Assembly (NCBI GenBank): GCA_946615965.1
Contig: CAMOIC010000003.1
Span: forward strand, 1 to 63,192
Origin: an uncultured Clostridia bacterium
GTDB lineage: Bacteria > Bacillota > Clostridia > Christensenellales > UBA3700
Reading direction: 5' to 3'
Length of the DNA: 63,192 nucleotides
How positions within the stretch are numbered: position 1 is the first letter of the stretch; each line of letters begins with the position of its first letter. Positions 59,001 through 63,192 of the stretch are shown piece by piece. Under the pieces are notes generated by a model, which ran no database searches, had not been told where the DNA came from, and saw only the letters and a program-made list of their open reading frames with translations. Made by a program: the position numbers and the translations under genes.

Positions 59001-60522
59001 ACGCATATTGTCCTATTTTGGTTAAATTAGAACCTGTCTCTATTGCAAAAGTCTGTAATCCTGTACAATCTTTAAATGCATTTGTTCCTATACTTTCTAT
59101 TGATTTTGCTAGATTAATCGTTGTTAATAAAGAACAACCCTCAAACGTATTATCCCCTATTGTTTTTAGTTTTGTTAGAGTTGCATTACTAAATGATGTT
59201 AATTTTGAATCTCCACTGAAGGCGCCATTACCTATTGTTTCAACATCGCGTAACATAATAGTTGCTAGGTTGTTCATATTAGCAAATGCATTGTAATCTA
59301 TAGTCTTAAGACTTCTTCCATCTAAAGCTGTTATGCCTGAACAACCATTAAATGCACTTGTTCCTATGGTTTGTACACTCGAAATATCTATATTCTTTAA
59401 ATTAGTACAACCAGTAAACGCATTAAATCCTATAGAAGTAACACCAGCAGGAATATCAAGAGATTCAATACCTGTACAACCATAGAACACTCTACCTGCT
59501 ATTGTCTCTAAAGTGCTTGGTAATTTTACGCTTGTCAAAAGTGTACATCCTTCAAATGCAGCATAATCAATCTCTGTTCCTTTAGATTCCGAAAGATCTA
59601 CAGTTTTTAAAGTTTCTCTAATGTAATATGACATAGATGAACCTAAATCTATATCTTCTGATGATATCGTCAACTTCTCAACTTTAGAACCGCTAAATAT
59701 TGAGCTAATGATATACTTTTGTTTTGTAATTGTTAGATCCTTGATTGGAATCTCTGTACTATCGCCAAAGAATGTGCGTAAACAATAATATTTAGTTTCA
59801 ACACTTGTGTTATTTGGATTACGAAGGCCAACAAATGGTGTTGTTAGTTTAGTTAAAGAATCACATCCTGCTAAAAGACCTGGTTGAGCATTTTCTAATC
59901 CATTTGGGAACACTAACTCTTCTAAAGATGAGCAATTTTTAAATACATCCGCATATAAATATAATATTTCTGTATCTTCAGCAAATGTAACTGTTGTTAA
60001 GTTCTCACAGTTCTCAAATGCTGATTTTTCAATATACTGAACTGTTTTAGGAATAGTAATTGTAGTAATATTTGAATTATCTTTGAATAGTCCCTCTCCT
60101 AATTTTTCAATATCCTTACCATTAATTTGTGCTGGAATTGTGTATTCAGTTGCCGTATTATCTTTAAGAGCAATAATAGTATCACCACTATTATTAACAA
60201 CATAATTACTCATGTTGTTATCAAAGCAAGCATATACTTTCATACTTGTTTGGTAATGCCAAATTGTGTCTTTTAAGAACTCTGCTCTTTCGCCTGTTTC
60301 TGGTTTTTCATATTCCCAGCGAACAAAGTTTTTACCTTTTACTACAGGATCTGCAGGTAAAGCAATTTCATAATCGCCTTTATTAAATTCTACTGTTGCG
60401 TATTCACTTCCATCCACATAGAAAGTAACCTTTAAGTCGCCGCCTTTTGAACATGAAGCAAAGCCTACACTTAAAACAATAATTAATAATATTAAAGTAA
60501 TCCCTAAAAATGCCTTTTTCAC
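56086..60522 (-). CDS. BspA-type leucine-rich-repeat surface lipoprotein with N-terminal Listeria-Bacteroides repeat
   Basis: The likely start is GTG 60522, giving MKKAFLGITLILLIIVLSVGFASC (lipobox-like). The ORF track start is 60543. 'VTFYVDG...P.V.GK.F..W' is followed by dozens of 'IG..AF..C..L..I.IP' repeats. Confidence 0.85.
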   Translation of the reverse strand: MKKAFLGITLILLIIVLSVGFASCSKGGDLKVTFYVDGSEYATVEFNKGDYEIALPADPVVKGKNFVRWEYEKPETGERAEFLKDTIWHYQTSMKVYACFDNNMSNYVVNNSGDTIIALKDNTATEYTIPAQINGKDIEKLGEGLFKDNSNITTITIPKTVQYIEKSAFENCENLTTVTFAEDTEILYLYADVFKNCSSLEELVFPNGLENAQPGLLAGCDSLTKLTTPFVGLRNPNNTSVETKYYCLRTFFGDSTEIPIKDLTITKQKYIISSIFSGSKVEKLTISSEDIDLGSSMSYYIRETLKTVDLSESKGTEIDYAAFEGCTLLTSVKLPSTLETIAGRVFYGCTGIESLDIPAGVTSIGFNAFTGCTNLKNIDISSVQTIGTSAFNGCSGITALDGRSLKTIDYNAFANMNNLATIMLRDVETIGNGAFSGDSKLTSFSNATLTKLKTIGDNTFEGCSLLTTINLAKSIESIGTNAFKDCTGLQTFAIETGSNLTKIGQYALSGTNSLASITIPFIGDKPTSTNPFGYIFKSAIGNPSTYEYYARSYFVPKSLTSITITGGTSIAQNSLRDLTYVTEINLPASIETIGSYALENTGVTSFVVPHSLTALNSKIGTGGDLDLHVESLSHYMSFTQGVIVANDNNKLKLYIGQNEVTNLDLSSMNLTEIGPYKYYKCKDITSVSLPNSVSLIDVYAFYKSGINGISFPTSLTTIKLHAFDGTNITSVTLNPNLETIEAYAFANTQMSTLTVPKEVTTIMGFDHIPSLTTVNFEANSNLETIAGSCFANTGITSITIPASVTTIGASAFYYCTNLTNVSFESGSNLESIEGSSFAYTAITSITIPTSVTSIGAIAFKGASDLETLSFASGTNISSIGREFISGTKINTLEIPSNVTMANGIFTGASYLHNLTCPMRKKWTDLASDSSYVNVTVNSNTICEKGFYQATNVSSIDLSNVTEVGSSAFNSMSALTKVYISSWNNYLSIDYNGSYIDFYHDDRNVDFYVNGTLVSGTFDLSGIDSSITSIPNGAFCFLRSITDLILPTTITSIGDKAFDYCTNLVDMKFKDGNTSPAYTNDLVSIGQYAFRKTDLSSVVISNSTTSIGNYAFSECMNLGVSFESNSTLHALGKYAFYKCSGLTAFEIPSTLTSIGEYAFASTGLQTLSLASNSTLASISMGAFSDCKDLTTLPVFTSSLITLGSAVFNGCTNITTVDLRGANITSIPYRAFKEDSNLTHVYVSGNVTYFGSEAFMKCTELISVESSTNPTYTLEVKSSCFRECAKLEFFGYGDWAAVDTYVEAHVSDSNAVNPDVRDTYMNNHYTEFSKVSLVEDYAFYGCTNFENIRLASSIEKIGKYAFYECENLKYINIPHACTHLDHMSFAGAFENTTKKSGTGLTTLENNIYETYGMAIEFYSGESQITWEYHNSSAGSMFTTKEYCNKTDIKYRNTCDLVFCCQNKDEKSDKYKTGVSKLSVS

Positions 60523-60575
60523 CGCGATACCCTTTTTATTCATTATATAATATCGCGCTAAAAATAAACATAGTT

Positions 60576-60605
60576 AAAAAAAGACATCGGGTGAACCAAT
60601 GTCTT
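60576..60605 (-). terminator. Terminator after the TrkA pair
   Basis: Minus strand AAGACATTGG/CCGATGTCTT stem (one G.U) followed by U7. Confidence 0.75.
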
Positions 60606-60619
60606 AACTCTTTATTCTT

Positions 60620-61303
60620 TTATTGTTCCCTTTCTTTAGGAACCTTCTTTTGAATGTATCTGACAACAGCATCTTTATCTGGATATGTTGTTACTACGAA
60701 TAATTTATCCCCATATTTAATTTCTGTATTACCACTTGGGATAACAACTTGAGTTTTTCTATAAATACAAGCGATTGTATATAATCTTGTATTTTCAAGT
60801 TGAGCTAGTGTCTTTCCAATAATAGCTAAATCTGGAGAATTTAATTTAATCTCAAGCATAGCAATCTTATCTTGTTCAAGAGCAAGGGACTTAACTACGT
60901 TTTCAAAATTAACTTCTGCTTGAATTGTTTGAACAAGGAAATCAGCTGAAGATACTACACTTCTAATACCTAATGAATGGAATACATCAACGTTCTTAGG
61001 GTTAGTAACTGTACAAATAATTCTTGGTATATTAAATACTTTTGAAGCAACTTCACAAATAACAAAGTTGTCTTCGTCCTTTGTACATAAAGCTACTACT
61101 AAATCTGCTTGTTGAATTCCTGCTTCGTTTAATACACTAACAAGAGTTGGATCACCATTATATACAATAACGTGATTCTCTTTGCTTAGATATTTACAAT
61201 AATCAACATCTTGATTAACTACAGTAATCTGATGTTTTTCTTCTTTAAACTTCTTAATAATGAAGTCCGCTTCATTTCTACCACCGGCAACTAGTATCCT
61301 CAT
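60620..61303 (-). CDS. TrkA/KtrA family RCK_N + RCK_C protein (degenerate Gly motif)
   Basis: RILVAGGRNEA, GD.T....L.EAGI..AD..VA...DE.N and C-terminal IACIYR....VIPSG.T.I..GD. Confidence 0.85.
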   Translation of the reverse strand: MRILVAGGRNEADFIIKKFKEEKHQITVVNQDVDYCKYLSKENHVIVYNGDPTLVSVLNEAGIQQADLVVALCTKDEDNFVICEVASKVFNIPRIICTVTNPKNVDVFHSLGIRSVVSSADFLVQTIQAEVNFENVVKSLALEQDKIAMLEIKLNSPDLAIIGKTLAQLENTRLYTIACIYRKTQVVIPSGNTEIKYGDKLFVVTTYPDKDAVVRYIQKKVPKEREQ

Positions 61304-61716
61304 TAGTTCTTTTCCTCCGATGTTATTTCTACGTATCTCTTAATAGATAAATCGAAAGGATTAATAACATTTAATTTTGTTAACTTGAATAATTGATCCT
61401 TGTCGTTATTACTTTGTCTTACAAAAATCTTCTTTACGTGATAAAGTTCATCACAAATACTTGCTAAGAAAATGTTTGTATTATCACTTTCTGTGGCAAT
61501 TACTACTTGAGATGCTTTTGTGATTTCCGCTTCTTCTAGTGTTGATGCTTCAAATGCATCGTCATTAATCTCAATACCAGCGAAATCGTCTGATACATTC
61601 TTAAATGACTTTTCGTCCTTATCAATAAGTACAACATCTTGGCCGTCAGCAGATAACTTGCTTGCTAAGTAAGAACCAAATTTTCCTGCGCCAATAATAA
61701 CTATATGATCTCTCAT
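61303..61716 (-). CDS. TrkA family RCK_N-only protein
   Basis: IVIIGAGKFG...IDKD...AT.SDNTN, 137 aa, coupled to the next gene. Confidence 0.82.
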   Translation of the reverse strand: MRDHIVIIGAGKFGSYLASKLSADGQDVVLIDKDEKSFKNVSDDFAGIEINDDAFEASTLEEAEITKASQVVIATESDNTNIFLASICDELYHVKKIFVRQSNNDKDQLFKLTKLNVINPFDLSIKRYVEITSEEKN

Positions 61717-61779
61717 AAAATCTCCATTGCTATTTATATAATAGCATCTTATTTAATTATACAATTATATTGGCTGTTG

Positions 61780-62166
61780 TCAAATTATCTCATTTAGAGT
61801 CAGAAAGTCGTAAAGACAAGGTGAATCACTATTTTTCTTTTGGGATCTACCTAAATACCCTATCATTTTCCCATATGGATCTCTAATGGCTTCAATAAAA
61901 AAGTCTGTATTTGTTTTTTCTGAATAGTACGTATGTACGCGATTATTATTAACACTTAAATTAAACCATGTAATTACATGATCCACTAATCTTTTGAACT
62001 TTTCATCAAATTCGTTAAAATGATTTTCTCCAACAAGTTTCTTTTCATGATAAAATTCTTCTGCAGCCTTATTCGCATATACTATATTGTGATCTAAATC
62101 ACAAATAATGATAGCGGAACTATCATTATCGTATACACTTTTGATATAATCTGTTAACTTAACCAT
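61780..62166 (-). CDS. Stand-alone PAS-domain protein
   Basis: 'SAIIICDLDHNIVYANKAA...IRDPYGKMIGY' is a PAS core and C-terminal strand pattern. Confidence 0.75.
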   Translation of the reverse strand: MVKLTDYIKSVYDNDSSAIIICDLDHNIVYANKAAEEFYHEKKLVGENHFNEFDEKFKRLVDHVITWFNLSVNNNRVHTYYSEKTNTDFFIEAIRDPYGKMIGYLGRSQKKNSDSPCLYDFLTLNEII

Positions 62167-62290
62167 CTATACATACCCCAAATTTTTATTACAATGAGGT
62201 CCGAATTATTAGCCCTTTTTCTGCTCTTATTCTAGATGAAAATAATATTGGTTTTTTATAATTGGAAAAATAGGACGGATATTTGGCAAT

Positions 62291-63070
62291 CTAGTTTAAC
62301 ATCGAATTATATAAGTCTAAATCGTCATTTCCAAATACATCAAAAATTACCTTATTTATATGCTTTGAGGTTGGTAAAAACTTCTCTACTTCTTCGATTG
62401 CAATCTTTGCAGCTTCCTTTTGCGGAAATCTAAAAACACCTGTAGAAATACAACAAAAGGCAATTGATTTTACTTCATGATTATCTGCCACTTTTAAACA
62501 TTCTCTATAACAGCTTCTTAATTCGTTTATTTCTTTTGTCGTTAAACCATAGCCAATAATAGGGCCTACTGTATGAATTATATATCTAGATGGTAAATTA
62601 TATGCATAAGTTATCTTTGCGCTTCCTGTTGGCTCTAAATGCCCTTGTGCTTTTATTATTTCATTACATTTTAGTCTAAGTTCTACGCCAGCATATGTGT
62701 GTATGCAATTATCTATACAAGCATGACATTGTCTAAAACAACCAAGCATTTCAGAATTTGCAGCATTAACAATGGCATCTACTTTTAATTTAGTAATGTC
62801 ACCTTGCCAAATAAATATCTTATTATTCTTCTTTACAGGCTTTAGTGTAGACACATCAACAATGCCTTTCTTTTTATTCTCTTCTTTTAGGTATTCATCT
62901 TGAATTTTTAGAAACTCTTCTGAAATAGGATTTGGCATACGAACATTGCATAGACTTCTAAATAGCCTAAACTGTGCGTCACTATCTTTTGGAATCTCGA
63001 TATCTTTGTAAACTGGATTCTCATTAATTAAATAATTAATAAGCCAAATTCTTTTTTCATCATTATTCAT
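62291..63070 (-). CDS. Protein-ADP-ribose hydrolase, Zn-binding MacroD type
   Basis: WQGDIT.L.VDAIVNAAN, GCFRQCHACIDNCIH (Cx4HxC), IIHTVGP and ISTGVFRFP, with an N-terminal helical extension. Confidence 0.9.
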   Translation of the reverse strand: MNNDEKRIWLINYLINENPVYKDIEIPKDSDAQFRLFRSLCNVRMPNPISEEFLKIQDEYLKEENKKKGIVDVSTLKPVKKNNKIFIWQGDITKLKVDAIVNAANSEMLGCFRQCHACIDNCIHTYAGVELRLKCNEIIKAQGHLEPTGSAKITYAYNLPSRYIIHTVGPIIGYGLTTKEINELRSCYRECLKVADNHEVKSIAFCCISTGVFRFPQKEAAKIAIEEVEKFLPTSKHINKVIFDVFGNDDLDLYNSMLN

Positions 63071-63105
63071 AAAAGTTCCCCTAAATTAATATACCATAAT
63101 TATTA

Positions 63106-63142
63106 ATAAAAATAGACACTTTGTTTCCACAAAGTGTCTATT
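63106..63142 (-). terminator. Terminator separating the macrodomain gene from the upstream gene
   Basis: 13-bp perfect stem AATAGACACTTTG(63111-23)/CAAAGTGTCTATT(63130-42), with an A-run to the left. Confidence 0.8.
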
Positions 63143-63162
63143 AATTCAATTTTAATTACCTA

Positions 63163-63192
63163 TTATTTTCTAGGATTCTTGATGTTTGCTTG
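63163..63192 (-). CDS. Probable 3' end of a gene running off the window (...QANIKNPRK*)
   Basis: Open frame ending TAA TAG just before a terminator. Too short to identify. Confidence 0.35.
   Translation of the reverse strand, partial: QANIKNPRK

Noticed and set aside
4219-62433. The many short opposite-strand or out-of-frame ORFs in the track (e.g. 4219-4503, 38056-38592, 50720-51076, 58889-59296)
   Set aside because: All lie inside well-supported genes, have no recognisable motifs, and are expected shadows of biased codon usage.
1-63192. CRISPR arrays, tRNA/rRNA genes, IS elements, alternative genetic code
   Set aside because: I saw no regularly spaced direct repeats, cloverleaf or rRNA signatures, or transposase ORFs. 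TGA terminates genes such as rsmE and priA, so code 4/25 is not indicated.

Overview
This is a 63 kb, AT-rich chromosomal segment of a Bacillota genome using the standard code (TGA acts as a stop). The gene order (HPr-like/DUF4364, dgt/dnaG-rpoD-trmK-nif3, prmA-rsmE-mtaB-hit-rpsU, yicC-gmk-rpoZ-coaBC-priA-def-fmt-rsmB-rlmN-rsgA-rpe) points to a Clostridia-type, probably gut or rumen organism (inference). Most of the window is housekeeping and lies on the minus strand: a lysine-riboswitch-controlled asd-dapA-dapB operon, dnaG-rpoD, hprK, uvrC, recG, fakA, ligA-pcrA, ogg, tRNA/rRNA modification genes and a folC-folE-folP-folBK operon. An rpsU gene missing from the ORF track is present. Accessory parts are: (i) 1-3.1 kb, an XRE regulator, DUF4417, a small toxin-like gene and an immunity-like gene, with a candidate antisense sRNA; (ii) 14.7-17.9 kb, a 792-aa exported DUF6973/LRR protein ending in a Hint domain with Hedgehog-like catalytic spacing (C1, D46, H72, YSPVT) plus a 90-aa tail, which is the most striking item; (iii) a 1332-aa five-repeat protein anchored at both ends and a 1485-aa BspA-type LRR lipoprotein; (iv) a TrkA pair, a PAS protein and a Zn-type macrodomain. 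No tRNA, rRNA, CRISPR array, transposase or integrase was recognised. All family assignments come from motif recognition by eye, not from database searches.
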